The position numbers were made by a program, and so were the translations under genes. A stretch of DNA of 64,000 bases from a bacterium (GTDB lineage Bacteria; JAMCPX01), in assembly GCA_037439545.1 (NCBI GenBank), contig JBBIVV010000001.1:35469-99468 (forward strand). The letters are read 5' to 3'. Shown piece after piece: positions 54,371-64,000 of the stretch; the stretch's first letter is position 1; every line of letters begins with the position of its first letter. The notes beneath the pieces were generated by a model. It did no database searches and was not told the DNA's origin. It saw only the letters and a list, made by a program, of their open reading frames with translations.

Positions 54371-55948
54371 ATGAGTAAAGTAATAGGAATAGATCTTGGA
54401 ACCACGAATTCATGTGTAGCGATGATGGTCAATAAGCAGCCTGTCGTAATACCCAACAAGGCGGGTTACAGGATAACCCCGTCATATTTCGCAATAACAA
54501 AAGACAACAAAAAGCTTGTCGGGAACCTTGCAAAACGCCAGGCGGTAATTAATCCCGACAATACGGTATTCGCCTTTAAACGGCTTATAGGGAGAAGGTT
54601 CGATGCACCGGAATCAGAGGTAGCACAGAAAAATGTCGCTTATCGTCTCATCAAAGGACCGAACGAGGATGTCAGGATAAATATTGCAGGCAAAGACTAC
54701 AGTATACCCGAGATATCCGCAATGATACTCATAGAAATGAAAAAGGTTGCCGAAGAGTACCTTTCGGAAGAGGTCAAAGAGGCTGTTATAACAGTGCCTG
54801 CGTATTTCAACGACAACCAGAGACAGGCGACCAAAGATGCCGGAAAGATAGCGGGGCTCGATATCCTCAGGATCATAAATGAACCTACGGCAGCGGCAAT
54901 AGCGTATGGCTTGAACAGGCATGTCGATAATGAGAAAGTGCTTGTTTATGATTTTGGCGGCGGTACGTTCGATGTATCCATACTCGAGATCCATAAAGGC
55001 GTGTTTGAGGTCATATCGACATCCGGCGACACATACCTCGGGGGAGAGGATATTGACAACAGGCTCATACAGCTCTTTTTAAAGGAAATAAAAGATACAA
55101 TAAACATCGATCTCGTTTCGGACAGAATGGCGCTTCAGAGGTTGAAAGAGGCTGCAGAAAAAGCCAAGATAGAACTTTCAGGCGGCATGGAATCGATGGT
55201 CAACCTTCCGTTTATCGCTTATGATAAGACGGGACCAAGACACTATACTCGCAGGATTACGCGCCACGAACTTGAACAGCTCTCCGTGGATCTGATCGAT
55301 AAGACTATCGGCATAGTAAAACAGGCGCTTGAAAATGCAAAACTAAGCACTTCTGATATAAATGAGATTATACTTGTCGGCGGTCAGACAAGGATGCCAT
55401 TGCTCGTGGAGAAGGTAAAGAAGTTTTTCGGCAAAGCTTCGCACAAGGGCGTTAACCCCGATGAAGTCGTTGCAATAGGTGCTGCAATTGATGCAGTTGC
55501 TCTTGCTGAAGGTTCGAGTGATATGCTGCTCCTTGACGTTACCCCGCTTTCACTCGGTATTGAGACCCACGGTGGTGAATTTGCCAAGATCATAGAGAGG
55601 AATACGACAATCCCTGTAAAAAAGAGCCATGTTTTTACCACATCGTACGATAACCAGAGTGCAGTAAGAATAAGGGTCTTTCAGGGGGAAAGCAAATCAG
55701 CGGAGGATAACGAATTGCTCGGAGAATTTATACTGTCAGGCATCAGAATGACAAAGAAGGGTGAACCGAGGATAGACGTCAGCTTTGATATCGATAACAA
55801 CGGTATCGTGAATGTCTCGGCAGTCGATCTCGATACGGGACTCGAAAACAAGATAGAGATCATGTCAAGCAGTAAACTGACGGAAGATGAGATTAAGACC
55901 ATGTCGGATGAAGCCCATCTTTATGAAATTGATCTGAAAGACGAATGA
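54371..55948 (+). CDS. Hsp70-family chaperone, short (lidless) paralogue
   Basis: [38 protein letters not shown]; 525 aa ends just after the SBD beta-sandwich, with no helical lid or EEVD. Confidence 0.85.
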   Translation: MSKVIGIDLGTTNSCVAMMVNKQPVVIPNKAGYRITPSYFAITKDNKKLVGNLAKRQAVINPDNTVFAFKRLIGRRFDAPESEVAQKNVAYRLIKGPNEDVRINIAGKDYSIPEISAMILIEMKKVAEEYLSEEVKEAVITVPAYFNDNQRQATKDAGKIAGLDILRIINEPTAAAIAYGLNRHVDNEKVLVYDFGGGTFDVSILEIHKGVFEVISTSGDTYLGGEDIDNRLIQLFLKEIKDTINIDLVSDRMALQRLKEAAEKAKIELSGGMESMVNLPFIAYDKTGPRHYTRRITRHELEQLSVDLIDKTIGIVKQALENAKLSTSDINEIILVGGQTRMPLLVEKVKKFFGKASHKGVNPDEVVAIGAAIDAVALAEGSSDMLLLDVTPLSLGIETHGGEFAKIIERNTTIPVKKSHVFTTSYDNQSAVRIRVFQGESKSAEDNELLGEFILSGIRMTKKGEPRIDVSFDIDNNGIVNVSAVDLDTGLENKIEIMSSSKLTEDEIKTMSDEAHLYEIDLKDE

Positions 55949-56526
55949 TGAAAAAGCCGGAATATATTCTGAAAAACGAAGAAATCCTCCATATCTTTGA
56001 GTCCGGACTTGACAGTTTTGCACTGGGTGATTTTATAGCAGCTCAGAAATTGTGGAAAAAGGTCCTTGAGCTCGATCCGGAGAACGAGCTTGCCATGGAC
56101 TACATTCGCTCCATGGAGGAAGAGATACCTTTTGAAGACAAGAAGCTTGCGGACAAAGAGCTGCTCGACGAGGCGATAAGACTTATAGGAAAAAATCAGC
56201 TTGAACCTGCTTATGAGTTGCTCGAAATGATACTGAAAGACGCTCCCGGCAATAAAAAGGCGCAGAAATTTCTTGATACGACAAAAGGATTGTTATTGAA
56301 AGATTATGTCAATGAGATCGGAAGTACCAGCTCTATCATAAAATTGAAGAAAGACATGAATGAGATTATGAAGATAAACCTCACGAGAGAGTCGGCGTTC
56401 ATCATCGCGACGATAGACGGCAGTCTGAGTGTCGATGAACTCCACGCTTTGAGTAATGTTGACAGATTCAGCTTTATGAGAAATCTGGTTATGCTGTTGA
56501 GAAACGATATTATAAATATAAATTAA
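55945..56526 (+). CDS. Hypothetical helical protein (TPR-like N-terminus)
   Basis: 193 aa; start overlaps the Hsp70 stop (ATGA); [29 protein letters not shown]. Confidence 0.3.
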   Translation: MMKKPEYILKNEEILHIFESGLDSFALGDFIAAQKLWKKVLELDPENELAMDYIRSMEEEIPFEDKKLADKELLDEAIRLIGKNQLEPAYELLEMILKDAPGNKKAQKFLDTTKGLLLKDYVNEIGSTSSIIKLKKDMNEIMKINLTRESAFIIATIDGSLSVDELHALSNVDRFSFMRNLVMLLRNDIININ

Positions 56527-56541
56527 TCTGAGGAGACGAAC

Positions 56542-57726
56542 GTGAAAGAGATAAAGAAGGTTGTCGTGGCGTATTCCGGCGGACTGGATACATCGGTTAT
56601 ACTGAACTGGTTAAAGGAAAAATACAACTGTGAGGTCATTGCATTTATAGCTGATTTGGGGCAGGGTGAGGCGCTCGAAGAAATAAAAGAAAAGGCATTA
56701 AAAACAGGTGCGAAACAGGCATATATAAAAGATGTGAAGGACGTTTTCGTGGCGGATTATATATTTCCGATGCTGCGGGCAAATGCCCTGTATGAGGGCG
56801 CATATTTGCTCGGAACATCCATTGCAAGACCATTGATAGCAAAAACGCAGATGGAAGTTGTAAAAGAGACCGGGGCCGACGCAGTTGCACATGGTGCAAC
56901 AGGCAAAGGCAACGATCAGGTCAGGTTTGAACTTACCTATTATACCATTGATCCGAAGATCCATGTTATTACTCCATGGAGGGAATGGGAGTTCAAATCG
57001 AGGACACACCTTATTGAGTATTCCCGGAAACACGGTATTCCTGTTACGGCAACGAAGGACAAACCTTATTCGAGCGACAGGAATATATTCCACATAAGCT
57101 ACGAGGGCGGCATTCTCGAGGACCCATGGTCAGAACCTCCATCGGACATGTACACCCTTATGACATCACCCGAGAAGGCCCCGGACAAACCCGTTTATAT
57201 CGAGATATCTTATGAAAAAGGAAATCCGGTCGCGGTGAATGGCAAAAGGAAACAACCCCTCGAGTTGCTTGAGACCCTGAACAAAATAGGAGGAGAGAAC
57301 GGCATCGGAAGGGTTGACCTTGTCGAGAACAGGTATGTCGGTATAAAATCAAGGGGTGTCTATGAAACACCGGGCGGGACGATACTTCACCATGCACACA
57401 GGGCAATGGAATCCATAACCCTCGATAGAGAAGTTTACCATATGAAGGACAGCATGATTACCAAGTATGCGGAGATGGTGTACTACGGCTACTGGTTTTC
57501 ACCGGAAAGAATTGCACTCCAGAAGTTTATCGATGAGACACAGAACAATGTGACCGGTGATGTGAGATTGAAATTGTACAAGGGTAATGTGCTTGTTGCC
57601 GGCAGGAGATCGCCTTACTCACTTTATAATCTGTCCCTTGCAACATTTGAAGAAGAGTATGTTTATAACCAGAAAGACGCTGAAGGGTTTATCAAGATTA
57701 ACGCCCTCAGACTAAAACGATTTTAG
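56542..57726 (+). CDS. argG: Argininosuccinate synthase
   Basis: [16 protein letters not shown] (PP-loop), canonical ArgG length of 394 aa. Confidence 0.9.
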   Translation: MKEIKKVVVAYSGGLDTSVILNWLKEKYNCEVIAFIADLGQGEALEEIKEKALKTGAKQAYIKDVKDVFVADYIFPMLRANALYEGAYLLGTSIARPLIAKTQMEVVKETGADAVAHGATGKGNDQVRFELTYYTIDPKIHVITPWREWEFKSRTHLIEYSRKHGIPVTATKDKPYSSDRNIFHISYEGGILEDPWSEPPSDMYTLMTSPEKAPDKPVYIEISYEKGNPVAVNGKRKQPLELLETLNKIGGENGIGRVDLVENRYVGIKSRGVYETPGGTILHHAHRAMESITLDREVYHMKDSMITKYAEMVYYGYWFSPERIALQKFIDETQNNVTGDVRLKLYKGNVLVAGRRSPYSLYNLSLATFEEEYVYNQKDAEGFIKINALRLKRF

Positions 57727-57734
57727 GAGAAACA

Positions 57735-58769
57735 ATGGCGGGATTGTTTGTAAGTTTATTTTCGAATGACTTGAGCATAGATCTCGGTACTGCCAATACG
57801 CTTGTCTACGTAAAGGGCAAAGGTATTGTCGCGAACGAGCCGTCCGTTGTCGCAATTTATACCGACAGCCATGGTGTAAAGAAAATACTTGCCGTCGGCA
57901 ATGAAGCGAAGAAGATGCTCGGAAGGACACCGGGCAATATATCTGCGATAAGGCCTTTGAGGGAAGGTGTTATAGCTGATTTCTATGTTACCGAACAGAT
58001 GCTCAAGTACTTTATCAGCAAGGCGCAAAACAACCGTTATACGCTTATGAGGCCGAGGATCATTGTCTGTATTCCGCTGGGCCTTACGCCTGTCGAGAAA
58101 AAAGCCGTAAAAGAATCGGCGGAATCGGCAGGAGCTAAAGATGTTTTTCTTATCGAAGAGCCTATGGCTGCTGCAATTGGAGCAGGTCTTGATATAACAA
58201 AGCCATCCGGAAACATGATCGTAGACATCGGCGGCGGAACAACGGGTGTTGCCGTCATCTCATTGTCGGGTATTGTCTACTCCCGCTCAATAAAGATTGG
58301 CGGTGACAAGATGGATGATGCAATAGTTAATTATATGAAAAAGAAATACAACATGCTCATAGGTGAATCGACGGCAGAGGGTATAAAGATATCGATCGGC
58401 AGCGCCTATCCTTTAAACACGCCGCTCAAGTTCGATGTCCGCGGCAGAGACCTTCTTACAGGCATACCGAAGATGCTTGAAATTACAGATGAAGAGGTGC
58501 GTGAGGCTCTCCAGGAGCCCCTTGAGTCCATCATTGACGTTATAAAAGAGGCGCTGGAACATACGCCGCCGGAGCTTGCCGCTGATATAGTTGAAAAGGG
58601 CATCGTGCTGTCGGGCGGCGGTTCAATGCTCAGGAATCTCGATGTGCTTATTAGGGAGCACACCGCTTTGCCCGTTATAACTGTAGACGATCCCCTTACC
58701 AGTGTCGTTAAAGGGAGCGGCAAGGTACTCGATGAACTTGCAAAACTCGGCAAGGTGCTGGTAACATAG
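57735..58769 (+). CDS. mreB: Rod shape-determining protein MreB
   Basis: DLSIDLGTANTLVYVKGKGIVANEPSVVA..., DIGGGTT; 344 aa; followed by mreC, mreD, mrdA and rodA. Confidence 0.9.
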   Translation: MAGLFVSLFSNDLSIDLGTANTLVYVKGKGIVANEPSVVAIYTDSHGVKKILAVGNEAKKMLGRTPGNISAIRPLREGVIADFYVTEQMLKYFISKAQNNRYTLMRPRIIVCIPLGLTPVEKKAVKESAESAGAKDVFLIEEPMAAAIGAGLDITKPSGNMIVDIGGGTTGVAVISLSGIVYSRSIKIGGDKMDDAIVNYMKKKYNMLIGESTAEGIKISIGSAYPLNTPLKFDVRGRDLLTGIPKMLEITDEEVREALQEPLESIIDVIKEALEHTPPELAADIVEKGIVLSGGGSMLRNLDVLIREHTALPVITVDDPLTSVVKGSGKVLDELAKLGKVLVT

Positions 58770-58775
58770 TACAAA

Positions 58776-59603
58776 ATGTGGGACTGGCTTGTTAAGCATC
58801 ACAGACATGTGATAGTACTGCTGATCCTGATCCTCACCTTTCAGCTTGCTTATTCCGACATCTTTTCCAGAGGACCGCTTGTCGGACCTTCGAAACTCAT
58901 ATTCGAAGGCGGAGCCGGGATAATGTCGGGCGTAGCCGGTGTTTTTAACGGTATACGAAAAACATGGAATAACTATATTGCACTTATCGATGTAAAAAAG
59001 GAAAACGTCGGGCTGAAAGACCAGGTGGCAATGCTTCAAATGAAGTTAAAGCTGCTCCAGGATATAGAGATCAGGTACCAGAATATCTTAAACGTATTAA
59101 ATCTTCCCCTGCCGCATAAGAATCTCTCTTATGTAACCGCCATTGTTTCAGCAAGAGACATGAACAGCATATTCAAATCTATCATAGTCAACAAGGGTGA
59201 GCTCGACGGCATAAAGAAAGGCAACGGCGTCCTCTCCACCGCAGGTGTTGTCGGAAGGGTCGTGAAGTTGACACCGCATGCAGCCGAGATACTCCTGTTA
59301 ACGGATGCAGACAGCTACATTGAAGGCATTGATGAAAAGAGCAGGATACGGGGCATTGTCAATGGCGCAGGGTCGGACAAACTGAAATTTCTGTATATCC
59401 TTTCAGGCGATCCGATCAATGCCGGGGATAGTTTGATCACGGGCGGCAAGGACGGCGTGTTTCCCGAAGGGATCATGATAGGTACGGTAACAGGGATAAA
59501 AGGCAATCCCCAGGGCTGGTTGTTCAAAGATATTTCTATAAAACCGTCGGTCGATATAAACAGGCTTAACTATGTCATGGTCATAACAGGGGAAAAACAG
59601 TGA
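58776..59603 (+). CDS. mreC: Rod shape-determining protein MreC
   Basis: N-terminal TM, coiled coil, C-terminal beta domain (GDSLITGGKDGVFPEGIMIGTV); position between mreB and mreD. Confidence 0.75.
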   Translation: MWDWLVKHHRHVIVLLILILTFQLAYSDIFSRGPLVGPSKLIFEGGAGIMSGVAGVFNGIRKTWNNYIALIDVKKENVGLKDQVAMLQMKLKLLQDIEIRYQNILNVLNLPLPHKNLSYVTAIVSARDMNSIFKSIIVNKGELDGIKKGNGVLSTAGVVGRVVKLTPHAAEILLLTDADSYIEGIDEKSRIRGIVNGAGSDKLKFLYILSGDPINAGDSLITGGKDGVFPEGIMIGTVTGIKGNPQGWLFKDISIKPSVDINRLNYVMVITGEKQ

Positions 59604-60097
59604 GATATCTATTCTGGATAACCGGTGTAACTGCGGCGGGAGCACTGCAGGGGATACTGAACAATTATATGCCCGTGTTTCTTGCTCCGAACCTATTCTT
59701 GATGTTTACCGTTTATATGACTTTTTACTACGGTTATTATACGGCGTTGCTCGGTATTATTTTTATGTCTTATATCAGCTCCGTGTTCAGCTACGGCAGT
59801 ATCTGGTTTTATATGTTCTCTTATATAACCGTTTTTTACCTGTTAAATTTCTTTAAAAAGTTTTTTGACAGGAAACAGCTTGCGGCAATTATCGTTTTGT
59901 CCCTGATAACGACCCTGATCTACCCGCTCTTTGTACTTTTCCCTGCCGTGCTTTCAGAAAAAACTGTGTTATTTAAAGAGGCGTTCGATCTGAGCTTCAT
60001 GCAGCTGCCCGGTAATGTTGCTGCTGCATACTTTATATTCAGGTATGCCCCCATTATGGATTACAAGTTTAAAGCACATATACAAATTGTGTCATAA
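59600..60097 (+). CDS. mreD: Rod shape-determining protein MreD
   Basis: 165-aa polytopic membrane protein; start overlaps the mreC stop; canonical position. Confidence 0.6.
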   Translation: MRYLFWITGVTAAGALQGILNNYMPVFLAPNLFLMFTVYMTFYYGYYTALLGIIFMSYISSVFSYGSIWFYMFSYITVFYLLNFFKKFFDRKQLAAIIVLSLITTLIYPLFVLFPAVLSEKTVLFKEAFDLSFMQLPGNVAAAYFIFRYAPIMDYKFKAHIQIVS

Positions 60098-60111
60098 CGC
60101 CGGTACTCATT

Positions 60112-61932
60112 ATGAATTTTAATGACGAATTCAATGCATACGATCCGGAAGCTCTGGAAACCGGGAGGGTATACCGGATACTATTTGTTATCATGAGCCT
60201 GCTCGTGGCTGTTATTATCGTCAGACTCTGGTATCTTCAGATATATAAGGGCTCGCAACTGGAATATTATTCACAAAACAATCATTTGCGCAGGATAGAT
60301 ATTATTGCGCCGAGGGGCAAGCTCTATGACAGGAACGGCCTATTGCTTGCAGATAACAATGTCAGCTATTCTTTATACATTACGCCGCCGGAATTTAAAT
60401 ATACTGAAAAGGAAAGGCTTTCACAGATCGTAGATATAAAGGTGAAAGATCTGGATGCGAAGCTGTCTGTATGGGACGGATTTTCCTACACTCCGTTGCT
60501 CATAGATCCCTACCTTTCATGGGAGCAAGTCTCACAGATACTTGCCGATAAGCCGTTTCTGCCCGGTGTAGCGGTACAATGGCAGACCAAGAGGTTTTAT
60601 CTCGACGGGAAGGGAATGTCACACGTGCTGGGATATGTGAGGGAGATAGGTGAAGAAGAACTCGATGCGCTGAACAAAAAATACCCGGACAGGTATGTGA
60701 GCGGTGACTTCATCGGTAAATACGGTATAGAAAAGACGTATGAAAATGATCTAAGCGGCAAGGATGGAGCAATTGTTAAGCTTGTAGACGCATCCGGCAA
60801 AGAGATAAGAACATACACCTATATAGATCCTGTTCAGGGGGAATCCATATCATTGACCATAGATGCCAGGCTGCAGGATTATACCTCGGGTCTTATGCAG
60901 GGGTATGTCGGTTGCGCGGTCGCAATGGATCCGGCTACGGGAGCGATACTCGCAATGGTGAGTGAGCCTTCATTTGACATAAATAATTTTTCATCCTACC
61001 TGACCCCTGCCGAATGGAGCAGTGTAGCCAATAATCCGGATCATCCGCTTGAAAACAAATGCATCCAGGGTATGTTTGCGCCCGGTTCGACCTACAAGCC
61101 CGTTTTGGCCATAGCCGGACTGAACGAGCGTGTCATCAGTCCGGAGAAGACAATCTCTGACCCCGGATATTTTGTCGTCGGCAACAGGGTATATCACGAC
61201 TGGAAAAAGGGGGGGCATGGTATAGTGGATATGCACAAAGCGATAGTCCAGTCATGCGATACCTATTTCTACAGACTCGGCACATTGCTCGGCGTAGATA
61301 CAATAGCAAAATATGCGAGGCTTCTTGGACTTGGAAAGCCTACGGGCATTGATCTGTCGTCTGAGAAACCGGGACTTGTCCCTACTTCGGAATGGAAGGA
61401 GCAAACATTTCATGAACCGTGGTATCCTGGAGATACACCGCCGATTGCAATAGGTCAGGGGTATGATCTTGTTACGCCTTTGCAGCTGCTTGTTGCGTAT
61501 TCTGCGATAGCAAACGGCGGCAGCATAATGAGACCGCATGTTCTGCTTTATCCGACAGCGACCACCCAGGACTACATTGTATCAAAGTTAGGAGTAAACG
61601 GACAAATACTCGATGTTATCAGAAAAGGCTTGCTGGGTGTTGTGAACGAACCTCATGGCACGGCTCCGGGTGCACGGCTTAAGGATATACAGGTAGCAGG
61701 TAAAACAGGTACGGCACAGGTTATAAAAGAAGGCGCCTTCAGGAATATACCTGAGTCAAAAATCCCTGTGATGTACAGGGACAACGCATGGTTTGTGGCC
61801 TTTGCACCCTATAAATCGCCGCGCATAGCTGTTGTCGTACTTGTGGAGCACGGAGGACACGGAGGTTTTGCAAGCGCTCCAATAGCAAAAAATATGATAA
61901 ATTTCTATCTTCAGGGGGATAAACTGCAATGA
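60112..61932 (+). CDS. mrdA: Penicillin-binding protein 2 (peptidoglycan D,D-transpeptidase MrdA)
   Basis: N-terminal TM, dimerisation domain, transpeptidase motifs STYKP (SxxK), SCD (SxN-like) and KTGTA; 606 aa. Confidence 0.85.
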   Translation: MNFNDEFNAYDPEALETGRVYRILFVIMSLLVAVIIVRLWYLQIYKGSQLEYYSQNNHLRRIDIIAPRGKLYDRNGLLLADNNVSYSLYITPPEFKYTEKERLSQIVDIKVKDLDAKLSVWDGFSYTPLLIDPYLSWEQVSQILADKPFLPGVAVQWQTKRFYLDGKGMSHVLGYVREIGEEELDALNKKYPDRYVSGDFIGKYGIEKTYENDLSGKDGAIVKLVDASGKEIRTYTYIDPVQGESISLTIDARLQDYTSGLMQGYVGCAVAMDPATGAILAMVSEPSFDINNFSSYLTPAEWSSVANNPDHPLENKCIQGMFAPGSTYKPVLAIAGLNERVISPEKTISDPGYFVVGNRVYHDWKKGGHGIVDMHKAIVQSCDTYFYRLGTLLGVDTIAKYARLLGLGKPTGIDLSSEKPGLVPTSEWKEQTFHEPWYPGDTPPIAIGQGYDLVTPLQLLVAYSAIANGGSIMRPHVLLYPTATTQDYIVSKLGVNGQILDVIRKGLLGVVNEPHGTAPGARLKDIQVAGKTGTAQVIKEGAFRNIPESKIPVMYRDNAWFVAFAPYKSPRIAVVVLVEHGGHGGFASAPIAKNMINFYLQGDKLQ

Positions 61933-63026
61933 GCAGGAAAACATCTTTACTGGACTATAATCTGCTTTTGCCTTTCGGACTCTTGATGATCATAGGGATC
62001 CTGAATTTGTACAGTGCGACAAGAGGCATGCACGGCACGACAGATCTTTTTGAAAGGCAGTTATTGTGGTTCGGTATCGGCATCCCTGTTATGTTTTTCT
62101 TCGCATACATAGACTACAGGATGCTGAAAAAGCTTTCGTTCATACTGTATATCTTAACGCTCATGCTCATTGTCCTTACCGTCATTAAGGGCAGGACGGC
62201 ATACGGCGCACAGAGATGGCTTTCACTCGGCATCTTTTCCTTCCAGCCTTCGGAACTTGCAAAGTTTTCAATGATGCTTATCCTTGCAAACTATTTCGAT
62301 GATCACTGGTTGGAACAGGGGTTTTCCCTGAGACAGCTCTTGATGCCCCTTGTCTATGTAATTATACCGGCAGCATTAATCCTGAAACAGCCTGATCTCG
62401 GCACTGCCATTATCGTGATACTGATCAGTATTTCCATAGTATTGTTTTGCAGGGTGAAGCTCAGGACATTCCTTTTATTCCTGTTTGCATTCATAATAAT
62501 AATGCCTGTTGGCTGGCACTTTATGAAAGGTTATCAGAAGGCAAGAATTCTTGCTTTTGCCGATCCGTACAAAGACCCGCTTGGTTCAGGGTATCACTTA
62601 CTCCAGTCAAGGATAGCAGTCGGTTCCGGAAAGCTCACCGGTGTAGGCTATCTTAAAGGTACGCAGAGCCATCTCAACTTCCTGCCTGAAAGTCACACGG
62701 ATTTCATCTTTTCAGTGCTTGCAGAGGAGTGGGGCTTTGCAGGCTCGATTGTAGTCGTCGCATTATTCACTTTTATATTTATTGAAGGTTTCACTATATC
62801 GAGATATGCAAAGGACAGGTTCGGTGTCATACTCGCATTCGGCATTACGATGTCGCTGTTTCTGCAATTTTTCATAAATATAGGCATGAGTACGGGCATA
62901 CTGCCGGTCGTAGGCATAACGCTTCCTTTTATGAGTTATGGAGGCACGTCATTGCTTATATTCATGGCTGAGATCGGCATACTGCTGAGCATCGATATAA
63001 GAAGATTCAGATTTGAGGAGATATAA
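61929..63026 (+). CDS. rodA: Peptidoglycan glycosyltransferase RodA (SEDS family)
   Basis: FtsW/RodA/SpoVE signatures (QPSELAKF, DFIFSVLAEEWGFAGS, PFMSYGGTSLL); 365 aa; start overlaps the mrdA stop. Confidence 0.85.
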   Translation: MSRKTSLLDYNLLLPFGLLMIIGILNLYSATRGMHGTTDLFERQLLWFGIGIPVMFFFAYIDYRMLKKLSFILYILTLMLIVLTVIKGRTAYGAQRWLSLGIFSFQPSELAKFSMMLILANYFDDHWLEQGFSLRQLLMPLVYVIIPAALILKQPDLGTAIIVILISISIVLFCRVKLRTFLLFLFAFIIIMPVGWHFMKGYQKARILAFADPYKDPLGSGYHLLQSRIAVGSGKLTGVGYLKGTQSHLNFLPESHTDFIFSVLAEEWGFAGSIVVVALFTFIFIEGFTISRYAKDRFGVILAFGITMSLFLQFFINIGMSTGILPVVGITLPFMSYGGTSLLIFMAEIGILLSIDIRRFRFEEI

Positions 63027-63027
63027 T

Positions 63028-64000
63028 ATGAGAAACAAACCGATAGTAGAGGAAAAGGTTATTTTCGATCGTAAAAATAACGGGGACGCATTCCGGCGCA
63101 TTCCTGCAAAAGATATTCCCGACAGGTACATCCGGCAGGATATCGAAGGTATGCCCGATGCAGCCGAACCCGAGGTTGTGAGGCATTTTACGAGGCTCTC
63201 TTATATGAACCATAACCTCGATGCCGGAATGTATCCTCTTGGCTCATGCACCATGAAGTATAATCCAAAGGTCATGGAGGAGGCGGCAGGGAATAAAGGT
63301 TTCTCGATGCTTCACCCCATGACACCGCACACAATGACTCAGGGTATTCTCGAGCTGATGTATGGCATCGAGCACTACCTTAAGACAGTGACCGGTATGG
63401 ACAGTTTTTCGCTGCAGCTTGCAGCAGGTGCACACGGGGAACTTGCCGGTATGCTCATTGCGGCAAAATATCACAGGATAAATAAGACCGGTAAACATAC
63501 AATACTCATACCCGATACAGCCCACGGCACCAATCCGGCAAGCGCTGCAATGGCAGGGTTCAAGGTTACGAACATACCTTCGGGCAGTCACGGCATGATT
63601 GAGGCCGGCATGCTGAAACAGTTTATAAATGAAGATACTGCGGGCATTATGCTCACCATTCCGAATACACTCGGCATTTTCGAAGAACAGATCGCGGGCA
63701 TTGCAAAACTCATCCATGATGCAGGCGGCATTGTTTATGTCGACGGGGCAAATTTCAATGCACTTCTCGGTAAAGCGAGGTACAGCGATATGGGAGTCGA
63801 CATTGTCCATTTGAACCTCCATAAAACATTTGCAACACCGCATGGGAGCGGCGGACCGGGTGCAGGCGTAATAGGCGTAGTTCCCCGGTTGAAAGAATTC
63901 CTGCCGGTACCCGTGGTCGAAAAGAAAAAAAGCAAGTTCACGATGAAGTATGATCTGAAGCATACCATAGGCAGAATGGTAAGCTTTTACGGTAATGCCG
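63028..64000 (+). CDS. gcvPB: Glycine dehydrogenase (decarboxylating) subunit 2 GcvPB, 5' part (runs off window end)
   Basis: Not in the ORF track (no stop in the window). ATG at 63028; translation HFTRLSYMNHNLDAGMYPLGSCTMKYNPKV...PDTAHGTNPASAAMAGF...NLHKTF matches the GcvP beta-subunit PLP region. Confidence 0.8.
   Translation, partial: MRNKPIVEEKVIFDRKNNGDAFRRIPAKDIPDRYIRQDIEGMPDAAEPEVVRHFTRLSYMNHNLDAGMYPLGSCTMKYNPKVMEEAAGNKGFSMLHPMTPHTMTQGILELMYGIEHYLKTVTGMDSFSLQLAAGAHGELAGMLIAAKYHRINKTGKHTILIPDTAHGTNPASAAMAGFKVTNIPSGSHGMIEAGMLKQFINEDTAGIMLTIPNTLGIFEEQIAGIAKLIHDAGGIVYVDGANFNALLGKARYSDMGVDIVHLNLHKTFATPHGSGGPGAGVIGVVPRLKEFLPVPVVEKKKSKFTMKYDLKHTIGRMVSFYGNA

Noticed and set aside
63244-63963. 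239-aa minus-strand ORF
   Set aside because: Antisense to the clearly coding gcvPB frame; Cys/His-rich nonsense translation.
1-64000. CRISPR arrays, transposases/integrases, prophage genes, toxin-antitoxin pairs, restriction-modification or other defence systems
   Set aside because: No direct-repeat/spacer periodicity, no DDE/tyrosine-recombinase/terminase-like translations, no nuclease-helicase-methylase combinations seen in any frame. The window looks like core chromosome with lineage-specific accessory operons.

Overview
This is a 64 kb bacterial chromosomal window, densely coding on both strands, moderately AT-rich, with no rRNA, tRNA, CRISPR array, transposase or integrase that I could recognise. 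Most of it is housekeeping.

Features in order along the window:
- End of the Tol-Pal cluster (pal 3' end, cpoB/ybgF).
- tsaD, rsmA (ksgA), a DUF218 protein, an M48 HEXXH protease and a Memo-like protein.
- A two-subunit pyruvate carboxylase (biotin carboxylase plus a carboxyltransferase/biotinyl subunit), then plsY.
- A type IV pilus / c-di-GMP cassette: an MshEN-like domain protein, pilT and a PAS-HD-GYP protein.
- A dihaem cytochrome c peroxidase next to a possible Cyc2-like fused cytochrome-porin.
- A radical SAM/SPASM, HPr-kinase-like and nucleotidyltransferase operon (the best candidate for an undescribed system).
- An NAD-dependent epimerase.
- rpmH-rnpA-yidD-yidC, extended by two YVTN beta-propeller lipoproteins; no dnaA upstream of rpmH.
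- An atypical receiver protein with two repeat domains I recall as DUF4388-like (naming uncertain), a zinc-ribbon membrane protein, birA and coaX.
- A translationally coupled operon ending in an extended MglA-like Ras GTPase, preceded by a degenerate EF-G-like GTPase, a SPOR-like protein and an LPS-repeat protein (second candidate system).
- A thiol-redox island: OsmC, CoA-disulfide-reductase-like, PDO-like, trxB and two non-canonical thioredoxins.
- Two SDR epimerases, a DHS-like protein and a secreted alpha/beta-hydrolase.
- An AT-rich non-coding island holding a 16-codon Lys-rich ORF with a Shine-Dalgarno and an intrinsic terminator.
- An acyl-CoA ligase, fur, tandem DUF507 proteins, a KH protein, a J-domain protein with a lidless Hsp70, argG, mreBCD-mrdA-rodA, and the 5' part of gcvPB running off the window.

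All functional calls rest on motifs read in the translations; no database search was possible.
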